64,000 bases of DNA from an uncultured Verrucomicrobiae bacterium. Its GTDB lineage: Bacteria; Verrucomicrobiota; Verrucomicrobiia; Chthoniobacterales; UBA10450. The notes beneath the pieces were generated by a model. That model saw nothing but the letters and a program-made list of their open reading frames with translations, did no database searches and had not been told where the DNA came from. How positions within the stretch are numbered: position 1 is the first letter of the stretch; each line of letters starts with the position of its first letter. Below are positions 18,674 to 29,397 of this stretch, one piece after another. The DNA is taken from the NCBI GenBank assembly GCA_963756875.1, contig CAVWPA010000002.1:105336-169335 (forward strand). The letters are read 5' to 3'. Position numbers and translations under genes: made by a program.

Positions 18674-21504
18674 CGACGGTGTCTGGCGCGTCGTCGATGG
18701 CGCGTCGTCGCCGTCTGCGCTCGTGTTTCGCATCCGATAAGCAGGGTCTGGGATCCTTCTCCCGAACAAACCCGCAAGATCCGTGTCGCCCCGGCCTCGT
18801 CCATCGCGCCGAACGGATGGCCGTTGCGGCTTTCGGTCAACATCAGGAACCAATCCGGATGAAATGCGTTCCCGTGCAGCTCGATTCGATCGATTTTGGG
18901 GAACGTCGTTTCATCCACGGAAACCGGCAGCAATTGGAAACCATTTACACAATTTGCCGACTGGGCCGGCATCGCGTCGATAATCGGCTCGATCCCGGTT
19001 AGCTTTATTGAAACATCGTCCGAATCATGGAAATCGATTGTGCCGCGGACAAAGAGATCGGCCTCCCTGGTAATTAGACGCGCGAAATCGAGAGATGCCG
19101 TTTCGCCATGGAAGCGAATCAGGCTGGACACGCCGCTTGCATGGAGCGGTGTTGCGCCCAGTTTCCCGTCGATCAATTGCAGGTCGCCGGAGATTTTCGG
19201 ATGACGCAACGTTTCGGTAAAAAGCATTTTCCCGCTCAAAATTCCACCTCGCATCCAATCGTGGATGAGATAGCGCGGAACGCGCGCCAGAAAGACCGCC
19301 GGGAAATCGAGCTGGGCTGAAATCGGTTCCAGAGCGGCCCGGCCGCGTTCCTTGCCGAGAAGAAGCTGCGAAGTAAAACCGAGCGAAATCGGGTCGCAGT
19401 CGCGGAAGGTGAGATCGGCATTGGCGCTCAGTTTCCCGGAAGCGAAGCGCGTATGTGCGTCGGCAGACCAAGGCGCTTCATCGGAAATGGTAAAGTCACG
19501 GAGCCGCATTTCGGACCAGCCCTGCAACGCGTCAAGACCGCCGAAGATCGACAGCCGCGCCGTCAAATTTCCGCTCAGAGAAGTGCGGCCGGTGATCGCT
19601 TGTGAGAGCTCGGTAAGGTCGGTCGGCTCGACAGCCAGATCGACATCGGCGTTTTGTTCCGGATCGACCGCATCCAGCAGATGGCTTCCGTGGAGGACCT
19701 TGGAAATTGAAAGTGGAATAAAAAAATTGCCGCGCAGTTTCGGTTTGGCGTTTAGATCGAAAGCGACGGCCTGACCTTGCAGGTAATTGGCCGCGACGGT
19801 GAGAAAACCATTGAGCGACGCGTGCTGATTGGAGAAATGGAGTTGCTGAAAGAAGACCTTCCCGGGCGAATAATCGGCACTCAGTTCGACGTCGAACGGA
19901 AGAAGGTCTGAGCCTATGGTAGCGCGTATTCCGCGGCCGCCTACATGGAGCGTGCCGGAGTGCGCGCCGGCATTTCCCTTTCCCGACCATTCGCCATGGA
20001 GAAGCCCGGCGTGGAGAAAACTCCAGGAAGCCGGGATCATCTTCGCATAATCGGCAATGTTCTTAATCGCGGCGTTCGCCGTGCCGGAGTAATTGTGCTC
20101 GTTGGAGACGTCCACCGTACCCTGCGCATGTAACGAATCTTCCTTGCGCTTTAACTCCAGCTGCTCGATTTCGAGCTCGCTCGCCTTCAAATTCAATTTT
20201 GCCGCGCAACTGTCGATCTTTGTCCGGAAGATCGACAACGAACTGCCGCTCACCGTGAGACGACCGCCTATTTTTCGGTTCCCCGCGTTCACGGTTCCTT
20301 CGATTGCTACTGCGCCTGCAAAATCGCCTGGCTGCGCACCGAAAAGGCGAGCGAAGGAGCCAAGATCGTCGATTGACCCGGAAACGTTTGCCCGGAAATC
20401 GGGATTCCACCAATCGGTCGGCTTCGCATGCAACGAGCCTTCGCCGCTGAGCGTCAGCTCATTTTGCCGCTGTTTTACGTAAAGCTGCTGAAGCTGAATC
20501 TGGCGATTGTAGAGCGCAGCGCCCAGCATGATTAGCTCAGCGGAACGGTTTTCCCAACTCAGGTCTGTCACTTCGGTCCAAACAGAAGCGGTCGCGTGGC
20601 TCAGATCGCGAGGGTCGCCGTGAAAAGTGAATTTGCCCGCGTGAAGCGAGCCTCCGAGTTGATCGTTGAACCCGAGGGCTTTGGACGTTTGCGCCAGAGA
20701 GATATCGTTGGCCGATGCGACGAAATCCCAGATCGACTGCCCATGCTGCCATTCATTGGAAAAGCTGGCGCGCAGCTTTCCGCCAAACGTATCGAGGTCG
20801 AATTGCAGATCGGCTTGTCGCTTGCCGAGGCGCGAGAGATCCATGGTCATCCATTGAAGGTCGAGCCCGCGGCTGAGAGTGATTCCTGCAAGAGTGAGAC
20901 TGGCCTCCTGCCATTTCGTTGCGCCGCGAAGGTGGGAGAACGTTTGATGAAACAAGAGCGACGCAACCGTGAACTCATCGGCACTAAAGCGGCCGCTTTC
21001 GACTTCGCTGCCCGAGAGCGATGCGTTTCGAAGCAGGATTACCGTGCTCCCGTCTTCAAGTCGCAGGTTGAGATTCGCGAAATTGAAGTTTTCCGGAAGC
21101 AACCTTTCCAGCATTGGCCAGGCAAGATCCAGCTTGCCGGATTTGCTCTGGGAATTGCTGCTGACCCGGACGCTGAGCTTTTCAACCGATAACGACCGGA
21201 TGGCACGTCCGCGAACCCCGATTAAAATCCGCGCCATGTTCAGGCCGAGAACGGCCCGATCGGCATCGATCTCGATACGAAATGGCGCGTTCTGCGCGTC
21301 GGTGATGCGCAGGTGATGAATTACGATCGGCCTCAAGAACGGCGCATCGATTTTTCCAAGCTCCACATGCAGCCCTTGTTTCCGTCCCTCCCACCAGGAC
21401 CAAACGCGAAAGCCGGTCGAAAGAGTAATGGGCGCAAAAAGAACAGCGACCAGCGCGACGAGCAAAAGCACCGAACCAAGGATGACAAGACGCTTTTTCC
21501 GCAT
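18670..21504 (-). CDS. Large AsmA/TamB-like beta-rich envelope protein
   Basis: N-terminal TM anchor, 944 aa of alternating beta-strand pattern, GTxxxPxxxG-like HPKISGDL. Confidence 0.6.
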   Translation of the reverse strand: MRKKRLVILGSVLLLVALVAVLFAPITLSTGFRVWSWWEGRKQGLHVELGKIDAPFLRPIVIHHLRITDAQNAPFRIEIDADRAVLGLNMARILIGVRGRAIRSLSVEKLSVRVSSNSQSKSGKLDLAWPMLERLLPENFNFANLNLRLEDGSTVILLRNASLSGSEVESGRFSADEFTVASLLFHQTFSHLRGATKWQEASLTLAGITLSRGLDLQWMTMDLSRLGKRQADLQFDLDTFGGKLRASFSNEWQHGQSIWDFVASANDISLAQTSKALGFNDQLGGSLHAGKFTFHGDPRDLSHATASVWTEVTDLSWENRSAELIMLGAALYNRQIQLQQLYVKQRQNELTLSGEGSLHAKPTDWWNPDFRANVSGSIDDLGSFARLFGAQPGDFAGAVAIEGTVNAGNRKIGGRLTVSGSSLSIFRTKIDSCAAKLNLKASELEIEQLELKRKEDSLHAQGTVDVSNEHNYSGTANAAIKNIADYAKMIPASWSFLHAGLLHGEWSGKGNAGAHSGTLHVGGRGIRATIGSDLLPFDVELSADYSPGKVFFQQLHFSNQHASLNGFLTVAANYLQGQAVAFDLNAKPKLRGNFFIPLSISKVLHGSHLLDAVDPEQNADVDLAVEPTDLTELSQAITGRTSLSGNLTARLSIFGGLDALQGWSEMRLRDFTISDEAPWSADAHTRFASGKLSANADLTFRDCDPISLGFTSQLLLGKERGRAALEPISAQLDFPAVFLARVPRYLIHDWMRGGILSGKMLFTETLRHPKISGDLQLIDGKLGATPLHASGVSSLIRFHGETASLDFARLITREADLFVRGTIDFHDSDDVSIKLTGIEPIIDAMPAQSANCVNGFQLLPVSVDETTFPKIDRIELHGNAFHPDWFLMLTESRNGHPFGAMDEAGATRILRVCSGEGSQTLLIGCETRAQTATTRHRRRARHRR

Positions 21505-21677
21505 GGACCCCTACTGGTTTAATGGCAAAGCGCCTCCGCGGAAAGCCGCTTTCTCGTCGAGGACGCTTCTTTGGGGATAGGCGAGATTTTGCGGATTCGG
21601 CTGCTCGCGAGCAAGCTTTGCGACAATTTTCGTAACAACCCTCACCCGGTCCGGCGGCTGCCGGATTTTCCTCACCC

Positions 21678-22439
21678 TCAAGGAGAGGAGGGAGGTGAGG
21701 GCGAGCCCACTTGCAAATCAACACCCTGCTGCTTCTGCTCTTTGGCCACCGGGACCTCGTCTGTTGTTTTGGCGGTAAACACCAGCCGAATGGGCTGCGT
21801 TGCATGAACTCTCGCCTCGAGTTGCTGCTTTAACGCGCGCTCGGCTTCGGCAGGCAATTTGGCTTCCGTGGCTTTTTCCCGAGCTAACCTGGGCAGGACC
21901 GCCAGTTCGCTTTGCACATCGTCTGCCGATATCCGGTTCCAATATCCATTTTCAAAAGAAAGCACATCCAGGTGCTCCTGTTCGACTCCGAGAACCCTGG
22001 CATGCGGGAGGTGCACCACAATTTCATTCGGGTTCACATCGACGGCCACATTCTGCCGTAAATCGAAACCGGCTTTCACAAGGAACGTTCCATGCAGCTT
22101 TACTCGCTTCGAGCTGCCGGCCCATGTGTTTTGAAATTCGTGTTCGATTTCGATTCGTCGCGAGACCATCGCCAACTCGGTCGTCGGCATTGTTTGTTCC
22201 AGATAGACGCGATTATCGATCGTGATGCGCGGTTGTAGATGTGCAACGTCAACGAACGCCGAGCGGAGGTCTCTGCCGATCCGTTCCAGATCTCCAGTTC
22301 CCTGTTCGGCAGTGCGGGCCGGCCAGCTCTCCAGGCGCAGAAAAATGACGAGGATAACCGCCGCGATGATGAGCGCGACCAGCGTCAGGGCGACCGGCCA
22401 GGATATTCGTCCCGACCTTGAAGTGGAATAACGAAGCAC
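21678..22439 (-). CDS. DUF4230-like membrane-anchored protein
   Basis: N-terminal TM; GTFLVKAGFDL and IVVHLPHARVL resemble DUF4230; C-terminus runs into the repeat at 21639-21701. Confidence 0.7.
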   Translation of the reverse strand: MLRYSTSRSGRISWPVALTLVALIIAAVILVIFLRLESWPARTAEQGTGDLERIGRDLRSAFVDVAHLQPRITIDNRVYLEQTMPTTELAMVSRRIEIEHEFQNTWAGSSKRVKLHGTFLVKAGFDLRQNVAVDVNPNEIVVHLPHARVLGVEQEHLDVLSFENGYWNRISADDVQSELAVLPRLAREKATEAKLPAEAERALKQQLEARVHATQPIRLVFTAKTTDEVPVAKEQKQQGVDLQVGSPSPPSSP

Positions 22440-22540
22440 GAATGACGAATGCCGAATTAATGACGAATGACAAATGACGAATGAACAGACGAAGCGATTT
22501 TCTTTGGCTATTCCCGCTTTGTCATTCGGATTTCGCCACC

Positions 22541-22583
22541 AAAAAAGTACCGCCCCCCACGCCCGATGGACGTGAAGGGCGGC
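22541..22583 (-). terminator. Intrinsic terminator
   Basis: 15-bp stem CCGCCCTTCACGTCC/GGGCGTGGGGGGCGG (3 G-U pairs) followed by TACTTTTTT on the minus strand. Confidence 0.7.
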
Positions 22584-22828
22584 TGTTCCCCCCAGAACAA
22601 TCTACAAAGCTGCGCTGGTAGTAGCCGAGCTTAAACGATGCCGCAACAAAATTCTGCGTGAATTATGAGGAGCCGCAACTTTCGTGGATGAGCAGGCTGC
22701 TGCGAAGAGGGCCGCCTCGGTTTTTAGGGGTGCGGCGGACGCGACACATCGTTGATTTCGATTCATGGGACTGGGTACGGTTAAATGTGAAACTTGCGCA
22801 AACAAACGAGGCGCGTTCTAATTTTCAC

Positions 22829-23389
22829 ATGCGCAGCATGGGTAAGGAAGAGGAGCCGAGCCTGGCAGGCTCGTTGCTTGTGGCTCATCCGAGCATGATT
22901 GACCCGAATTTTCGCCGGACGGTTCTCTTCATTTCAACACACGACCCGGAGGAAGGCGCGCTCGGAGTGATCATCAACCGGCCGCTGGACAAGAGAGTGG
23001 CCGATCTGGTGACTGAAACGCCGCCGGAAGGTTTGGCCGGCGTTCCAGTATTTTTTGGGGGACCGGTCGGAAACAATCAGTTGATGTTCGCAGCGTTCGA
23101 ATGGCACAAGGGCCTGGGACTGAAGTTGAATCATAGCGTCGGTTTGGATGAAGCAAGCGCGCGTGCCGGCGACGATCCGATGGCCATCCGCGCTTTCGTC
23201 GGTTACGCCGGATGGGATGGGGGGCAATTGGAGGCCGAAATGAAACAAAAAGCGTGGATTGTTCGCAAACCGAGCCGGTCCGCACTCCGTCCAGAGAGAT
23301 TGCCGAAGCTTTGGTTCGATATCATGCGCGGCCTCGGGCCATGGTATAAAATGCTGGCCGCGGCGCCGGATGATCCGTCGTTGAATTAG
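22829..23389 (+). CDS. YqgE/AlgH family protein
   Basis: LLVAHPSMIDPNFRRTV, GALGVIINRP, FFGGPV, FVGYAGWDGGQLEAE, DPSLN C-terminus. Confidence 0.9.
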   Translation: MRSMGKEEEPSLAGSLLVAHPSMIDPNFRRTVLFISTHDPEEGALGVIINRPLDKRVADLVTETPPEGLAGVPVFFGGPVGNNQLMFAAFEWHKGLGLKLNHSVGLDEASARAGDDPMAIRAFVGYAGWDGGQLEAEMKQKAWIVRKPSRSALRPERLPKLWFDIMRGLGPWYKMLAAAPDDPSLN

Positions 23390-23472
23390 ATGCGCGAATA
23401 ACGAGCGGCCCGCGGCGGCCGCAATTCGTTCTTGTCTTGTCGCCTATCACTCGTCACTTATCACTCTCCTAA

Positions 23473-24570
23473 ATGATCATCGGGGTCCCGAAAGAAATTA
23501 AAGAGCAGGAACAACGCGTCGCGCTCGTTCCCTCAGCGGTGGGACAACTGACGCGCCACAGCCATTCGGTGCTTGTTGAGAAGAATGCCGGCGTCGGTTC
23601 CGGGTACCCGGACGAAGATTACGCAAAGGCGGGCGCAAAGATCGTGGATACGCCTCAGGATGTTTTTGGCAGTGCCGACCTAATCGTGAAAGTGAAAGAG
23701 CCGCTGAAGACGGAGTTTCCGCTTCTGCGCAAAGGCCAGATTCTTTTTACGTATCTCCACCTGGCCGCGAGCAAATCGCTCACTGAAGCGTTGCTCAAAT
23801 CCGGCGTGACAGCCGTTGCCTACGAAACGATCCAGGTCGGCCACCGTTTACCCCTCCTTGAACCGATGAGCGAGATCGCCGGTCGCATGTCGGCGGTGAT
23901 GGGCGCGTATTTTTTGGCAAAACATAACGGCGGAAGCGGCGTCCTGCTTGGCGGTGTTCCAGGTGTGCTGCCGGGCCGCGTTGTCGTTATCGGCGGCGGG
24001 ACCGCCGGCGTAAACGCAGCCCGCATGGCCTCCGGTCTCGGGGCGGATGTCACCATTCTCGAGGTCGATCTGGAGCGGATGCGTTTTCTCGATATCACCA
24101 TGGGCGGAGCGCACACCCTCTATTCGAGCGAGGCGCATCTGCAGGAACTGATGCCGAATGTTGATCTTTTGATCGGCGCCGTTCTTCTCCCCGGAGCGAA
24201 AGCGCCGAAATTGATCACGCGAGCCATGTTAAAACGGATGAAGCCGGGCAGCGTGCTGGTGGACATTGCGATTGACCAGGGCGGCTGCGCCGAGACATCG
24301 CGCCCTACAACGCATCTTAATCCGACGTACGTTGAAGAGGGAGTCACGCATTATTGCGTGGCCAATATGCCGGCGGCCTATGCGCGGACGGCCACCCAGG
24401 CGCTGACCAACATTACGTATCGCTACGTCCGGCTGCTGGCCGATCTCGGTTTGAAGGGCGCTTGCCAGAAGCAACCCGCTCTCACTGGAGGAATTAACAC
24501 CCGTGACGGCAGGTTAACCTGCGAGGCGGTGGCCGAAGCGCACGGGCTCCCGTACTCGCCGCCTTTCTGA
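23473..24570 (+). CDS. ald: Alanine dehydrogenase
   Basis: [45 protein letters not shown]. Confidence 0.96.
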   Translation: MIIGVPKEIKEQEQRVALVPSAVGQLTRHSHSVLVEKNAGVGSGYPDEDYAKAGAKIVDTPQDVFGSADLIVKVKEPLKTEFPLLRKGQILFTYLHLAASKSLTEALLKSGVTAVAYETIQVGHRLPLLEPMSEIAGRMSAVMGAYFLAKHNGGSGVLLGGVPGVLPGRVVVIGGGTAGVNAARMASGLGADVTILEVDLERMRFLDITMGGAHTLYSSEAHLQELMPNVDLLIGAVLLPGAKAPKLITRAMLKRMKPGSVLVDIAIDQGGCAETSRPTTHLNPTYVEEGVTHYCVANMPAAYARTATQALTNITYRYVRLLADLGLKGACQKQPALTGGINTRDGRLTCEAVAEAHGLPYSPPF

Positions 24571-24648
24571 CGACCTTTTCCCCGGCGAAAAACTTGCCTT
24601 GCCGTAAGCGATGATTTGACCGTAGTATCAGCCTTCGACTTAAAACCT

Positions 24649-24867
24649 ATGAAAAAATATATCTGCATCCTAGCTGGTGCCGCGCTACTCGTGGCTTGCG
24701 AACAAAAGACCGAAAACGTGACCCCGGCCGAAAGTCCAACAGCCGCTCCCGAAGCAACCATGAGCGCAGCTGAGTCCCCGGCGATGAGCCCGGCTGAGGC
24801 CCCCGCCATGAGCCCGATGGAATCACCGGCGATGAGCCCAGCCGAATCCGCGTCGCCTACACCGTAA
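24649..24867 (+). CDS. Small lipoprotein with ESPAMSP repeats
   Basis: MKK, hydrophobic stretch and LVAC lipobox, then a low-complexity Ser/Pro/Ala/Met tail. Confidence 0.7.
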   Translation: MKKYICILAGAALLVACEQKTENVTPAESPTAAPEATMSAAESPAMSPAEAPAMSPMESPAMSPAESASPTP

Positions 24868-24950
24868 GGAAAATCTCGAGGCGAAGTCGTAACGGCGCTT
24901 CAACGCAGCCGTCTCTTGGCCTGCTCAGGAGGTTCGAAAAAAGCATTCAT

Positions 24951-24987
24951 AAAATTTTCCCCCGAAGCTTCTTCGGGGGAAAATTTT
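24951..24987. repeat. Perfect 17-bp hairpin AAAATTTTCCCCCGAAG-CTT-CTTCGGGGGAAAATTTT
   Basis: Read directly; core resembles the CCCCGAA...TTCGGGG hairpins at about 1475, 12781 and 12826; may act as a bidirectional terminator. Confidence 0.7.
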
Positions 24988-25083
24988 TCTGTACTGGTCC
25001 GGCGATCAGGCAACGGAGAGTTCTCTCTCTAATGTCGCTCTGGCGGAGATGTTCGGTTAAATTTCGATGCATCAAAAATCGAC

Positions 25084-25446
25084 ATGCCCGCGGCAAGTTT
25101 TTCCTTTCCGAAAACGCGCCGATTGACGCACCCAACGGAGTTCGGGCAAGTAAAAGAAAATGGGAGGACGCAACGTGGCGCGCTGCTTATTCTCGGCGTG
25201 CTTCGGGTTGAAGGGAGTGGGGTTTTTCGAGCCGGCTTCGTTACCAGCCGCCGCATCGGCATTGCCGCTGTGCGCAATCGCGTGCGTCGTCGTCTGCGGG
25301 AAATCGTGCGCAAACACCAGCACGAGATTGCGGGCGGGATCTGGCTGGTGACAATCGCGCGACCCATGGCTGCGGCCGCGACGTACCGCGAGATGGAAGA
25401 TGAGTGGTTGCGTCTGGCCACGCGCGCTTCTATTCTAGCGCCTTGA
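25084..25446 (+). CDS. rnpA: Ribonuclease P protein component
   Basis: [32 protein letters not shown] (RNR motif); synteny. Confidence 0.93.
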   Translation: MPAASFSFPKTRRLTHPTEFGQVKENGRTQRGALLILGVLRVEGSGVFRAGFVTSRRIGIAAVRNRVRRRLREIVRKHQHEIAGGIWLVTIARPMAAAATYREMEDEWLRLATRASILAP

Positions 25447-25724
25447 TGCTGAAAATCCTGCGCGTTTGCATCTTTATTTATCAACGGACAATCTCGCCGC
25501 TCCTCTCATCGATCGCGGGACCAGGTTCCGGTTGCCGATTCCACCCGACCTGTTCCCAATATTTTCTCGAAGCGGTCGAGACCCATGGTTTCTTGCGAGG
25601 AACCTGGCTGGGACTGAAGCGGCTGGCGCGTTGTCAACCGTGGGGAGGCTCGGGCGAGGATCCGGTCCCGCCACGAAGCGAATTTCAAGGCCGTCGAGCA
25701 CCTGAATCTTTTGTTTGTGAATAA
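25446..25724 (+). CDS. yidD: Membrane protein insertion efficiency factor
   Basis: [34 protein letters not shown]. Confidence 0.93.
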   Translation: MLKILRVCIFIYQRTISPLLSSIAGPGSGCRFHPTCSQYFLEAVETHGFLRGTWLGLKRLARCQPWGGSGEDPVPPRSEFQGRRAPESFVCE

Positions 25725-25741
25725 CGGCCGCTCCCGATTTT

Positions 25742-27460
25742 ATGGATCGAACCGCATGGATCGTTGTCATACTTTGCGTCATCGGATTGGTGGCGTGGGA
25801 ATGGTGGATCGCCAAGCAAATGCCGCCGCGTCCATTGACGGGCTCTCCTTCACCGGCGGCCACATCGCCCGCCTCCGGCTTTAACGCGTCACCGACGCCG
25901 CTGGCGTCGCCCATTCCAACGGCAACGCCGCAAGTTGCCGAAACGGCGCCGGCTTTTCCCGAGAAAATCGAGACGCTGCGCAACAATGATATCGAATTAC
26001 ACCTGACGAATCGCGGCGGCGGGATTCGGGAAGCGATTTTACTGCATCAAATCGCCGAGGACCACAAGCAAGTCATTCTGAATTCGCCGCGCCAGATGCC
26101 TATCGGCGCGATCGTTGACGAGCCAGCCGCTCCAACTCTTCCTGAATTCAAGGCGTCGCGCGGGACGGATGGCAGCGTGACATTTGAGCGCACTACCGCC
26201 AAGGGGATCGCTGTGCATAAGAAGTTCTTTTTTCCGGAATCAAATAAGACGAAGGAAAACTTCATCGCGGAGCTCGACGTGGACATGGTGAACGGCGGAA
26301 CCGCGCCGTACGCGAAGACCGGTTACTTTGTCGCGCTCGGCTCGGCGGTTCCGATTCACCCGAAGGATTATCCTTATTACACGCGCCTTGTCTGGTGCAT
26401 CCAGGGAAAGGCGAAAGGAGTCGATGTAAACTGGTTTGGCGGAAGCGGCGGCATTCTGGGTCTCGGCCAGCATGCTGCGCGGCCCTTTTATCAGGAGGAC
26501 CTCGGAAACGCCGAATGGGTTGCCGTAACCGATCAGTTTTTCACGACGCTTCTTGCGCCGCTCACTGCGAAGTCGAACGGAGCCTGGGGCCGGCGGTTCG
26601 AAATTTCAGCGGAGAATAAGACGTTCGGCATTGAGGGAGCCATGCGGATGCCGGGATTTCAATTGCCACCGGGACAAACGTACCGCGCGCGATTTCAGAT
26701 TTACGCCGGCCCGAAACTTTACCATCGCCTTGCGCAACTCGAACACAACGAGGCCGAAATCATGGATTTCGGAATGTTCAAGATCGTCAGCCAATTCCTG
26801 CTCAATTTCATGAACTTTTTGCACGGATTGCTCTGGCACAGTTATGCCGCCGCCATCCTTGCACTGACCACGGTGATCCGCCTCGTCCTTTGGCCGCTTC
26901 AGACCAAGGCCAACCAGTCGATGCGGAAGACTGCCGTCCTCGCGCCGAAGATGCAGGAGTTGCGCGAAAAATATAAGGACGATCCGACGCGCATGAACCA
27001 GGAGGTCATGAAGCTTTACAAACAATACGGCATCAATCCGGTGGGCGGTTGTTTGCCGATGGTGATCCAAATCCCGATTTTTTTCGGCCTCTACAAGATG
27101 CTCGCGCAGGCAGTCGAGTTGCGGGGCCAAAAATTTCTCTGGGTGCACGATCTTTCGCAACCGGACACCGTGGCCCACCTGCCGATTCTCGGCTGGCCCA
27201 TCAATATCATCCCCCTTTGCATGGCTGCGACCCAGATCTGGCTCATGCAGATGACGCCGAAGACCGGCGATTCCACGCAGCGGCGCATCATGATGTTCAC
27301 GCCGCTCATCTTTTTATTTATCTGCTACAATTTTGCGGCGGCTCTGGCATTGTATTACACAACACAAAATCTGTTTAGCATTCTCCAATTTTATCTTAAC
27401 AAAAAGCAACCGATGCCGACGCTCGAAAAAGTCACGTCCAGCAAGAAACGAAGCCGATGA
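25742..27460 (+). CDS. yidC: Membrane protein insertase
   Basis: YAGPK, INPVGGCLPMVIQIPIFF, LWVHDLSQPD. Confidence 0.96.
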   Translation: MDRTAWIVVILCVIGLVAWEWWIAKQMPPRPLTGSPSPAATSPASGFNASPTPLASPIPTATPQVAETAPAFPEKIETLRNNDIELHLTNRGGGIREAILLHQIAEDHKQVILNSPRQMPIGAIVDEPAAPTLPEFKASRGTDGSVTFERTTAKGIAVHKKFFFPESNKTKENFIAELDVDMVNGGTAPYAKTGYFVALGSAVPIHPKDYPYYTRLVWCIQGKAKGVDVNWFGGSGGILGLGQHAARPFYQEDLGNAEWVAVTDQFFTTLLAPLTAKSNGAWGRRFEISAENKTFGIEGAMRMPGFQLPPGQTYRARFQIYAGPKLYHRLAQLEHNEAEIMDFGMFKIVSQFLLNFMNFLHGLLWHSYAAAILALTTVIRLVLWPLQTKANQSMRKTAVLAPKMQELREKYKDDPTRMNQEVMKLYKQYGINPVGGCLPMVIQIPIFFGLYKMLAQAVELRGQKFLWVHDLSQPDTVAHLPILGWPINIIPLCMAATQIWLMQMTPKTGDSTQRRIMMFTPLIFLFICYNFAAALALYYTTQNLFSILQFYLNKKQPMPTLEKVTSSKKRSR

Positions 27461-27927
27461 CTCCGAGAGAATTACTCGACACCATTCTCGGTTATCTCGG
27501 CTTCGTTGTGCAGATCGCGGAGTCGCGTAACGAGGCAGGCAACCTCGTATTGCAAATCTATACCGAGGAAAGCCGGCGACTCATCGGAAGAGACGGCGAA
27601 ACGCTGGAAGCAATACAGTTTCTTCTCAATCGCCTGTTGCAGACAAAAGATAGGGACGCGTCCAAAGTGGTTGTCGATTGCGAGCTCTATCGCTCGATGC
27701 GCGAGGACAAGATCGTCCAGCGCGTGCGGGAGCTCGCGGAACGCGTTCGTGCTACCGGACGTTCGCTGCAGTTGGAGCCAATGAATTCCTACGAACGGCG
27801 CATTGTCCACAATGCTTTCAAAGATGACCCGGATATTGCGACCTGGAGCCCGTCCGATTCCGCGCGCATCAAGCAAATCACGCTTCTCAAGCGCCAGGCC
27901 AAAATAGAACCCGCCCAAAAAGAATAG
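27457..27927 (+). CDS. jag: Jag/KhpB-like KH plus R3H RNA-binding protein
   Basis: LIGRDGETLEAIQ (KH); PMNSYERRIVH (R3H); synteny after yidC. Confidence 0.85.
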   Translation: MTPRELLDTILGYLGFVVQIAESRNEAGNLVLQIYTEESRRLIGRDGETLEAIQFLLNRLLQTKDRDASKVVVDCELYRSMREDKIVQRVRELAERVRATGRSLQLEPMNSYERRIVHNAFKDDPDIATWSPSDSARIKQITLLKRQAKIEPAQKE

Positions 27928-28132
27928 GCTGGGGCGCAGGGCGTCCGCCGCGGCGGACGCCGACCTCAAGATGGCGTTTCACAGAATGGAGCCGACGGGC
28001 CTCGAGCGACATGGACGGGCAGGTCGAGAGACCGAGTGAGCGGGAGCGAGCGAGTCAAACGCCCTACAAATGCTCTGCCGTTCCTTTGTGTCTGCGAAGA
28101 CACCACGCCTATGTTCGCCCGGAGGTCGACGT

Positions 28133-29317
28133 CTACAGGCCCGGCTCGAATCTCGCGGCTTCCTTGCTGATGCCTGCCTTCACTTCCGGCCGCCACCGGA
28201 ATTTTTGCAACAGCGGATTGGATCTGCCTTCAACCGCGTCGGCAATGATCTCGCCCAGAACCGGCGCAAATTTGAATCCATGTCCGCTGTCGCCCGCTGC
28301 CAGAATCAAACCCGCCCGCTCGGGATCGGGCGCGATCCAAAAATCTCCGTCCGCGGTGTCGCAGTACATGCAAATGCGCGTGTAAACAATCGGCGCGTCC
28401 GCCAGCGCGGTCAGCGAAGTGGACAAAAACTCGCGCAGACTATTTTCTTCTTCCTGGGTGACGCCTCGTTCGGGGGATTCAGGCGACATCTCGCGGCCCG
28501 GACCGTGCCTGGCAATTTTTACCACTCCTTGATTGAGCGGAAAACCGTAGAAGCCGGTGGTCGAGATATCCGCGCCAAAAAACGGGAAGCGTTCGGGCAA
28601 GAAAAGATCCGGCTGGCGTGGCTTTAGATGAAAGATCGGGTGTCCCGTTGAGCGAAGGAACTTGCTTGTGGATGGCAGCACGTACGGAGTCCACGCGCCA
28701 ACAGCAAGAACGACGGCATCCCCGGCAACCCTGCGCCCGTTTTCAACTACGATTCCTCGCACCGCGTTATCGCTTTCATCCAGAGCAATGAATCTGGTGT
28801 GTTCGCTCAATTCCACACCAAGCGATTTCGCATGCTCCGCGAGAGTCGCCACCACGCGGCCGCTTTCGACATAACCGCCCTTGGGATCGAAAAGGCCGTC
28901 GTGAAAAAGCTCTGCATTAAACGCAGGAAATTTTTCGCGCAGAGTCGCCGGATCGATTCGCTCAAATTTGTGGCCGTATCTTTCGAGTGCCTTGCAGCTT
29001 TCATATTCGAAATCGCCGGGCTGCATGGCTTGTCGCCGGAGGAACAGACCGCCCGTTTCGTGGTACAACTCGGTTCCAAATTCCCGGTTCCATTTCGGCC
29101 AGATCGCAATGGAGCGCTCGGCCAGCGCCGTGTATTGTTCGTCCGGGCCGTACGCCGCGCGCACGGCCTTGCTAATATCGGTGGACGCCGCCAGCGGATG
29201 CGGGATCGGGCCCGGGTCGACAAGCGTAACGTGGTGGCCGCGTTTTTTTAATTCGATCGCCGCGGTAACGCCGTTAATCCCCGCGCCGACTACAATAATC
29301 TTGAGGGTCGCTTTCAC
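28133..29317 (-). CDS. FAD-dependent oxidoreductase (sarcosine/fructosyl-amino-acid oxidase-like)
   Basis: VVGAGING, AASTDISKAVR, CMYCDT, GDSGHGFKFAP. Confidence 0.88.
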   Translation of the reverse strand: MKATLKIIVVGAGINGVTAAIELKKRGHHVTLVDPGPIPHPLAASTDISKAVRAAYGPDEQYTALAERSIAIWPKWNREFGTELYHETGGLFLRRQAMQPGDFEYESCKALERYGHKFERIDPATLREKFPAFNAELFHDGLFDPKGGYVESGRVVATLAEHAKSLGVELSEHTRFIALDESDNAVRGIVVENGRRVAGDAVVLAVGAWTPYVLPSTSKFLRSTGHPIFHLKPRQPDLFLPERFPFFGADISTTGFYGFPLNQGVVKIARHGPGREMSPESPERGVTQEEENSLREFLSTSLTALADAPIVYTRICMYCDTADGDFWIAPDPERAGLILAAGDSGHGFKFAPVLGEIIADAVEGRSNPLLQKFRWRPEVKAGISKEAARFEPGL

Positions 29318-29397
29318 CAGTACGCGTGTTGTAGCAGCGCTCTATGAGCGCTGCACGAATTTGCAGTTTATTCGCGTCATTTCGCGTGTTTCGCGGG

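Noticed and set aside
22602..22766. tmRNA tag reading frame
   Set aside because: The ORF ends in AAL, but no tRNA-like domain or GGGG...CCA ends are recognisable
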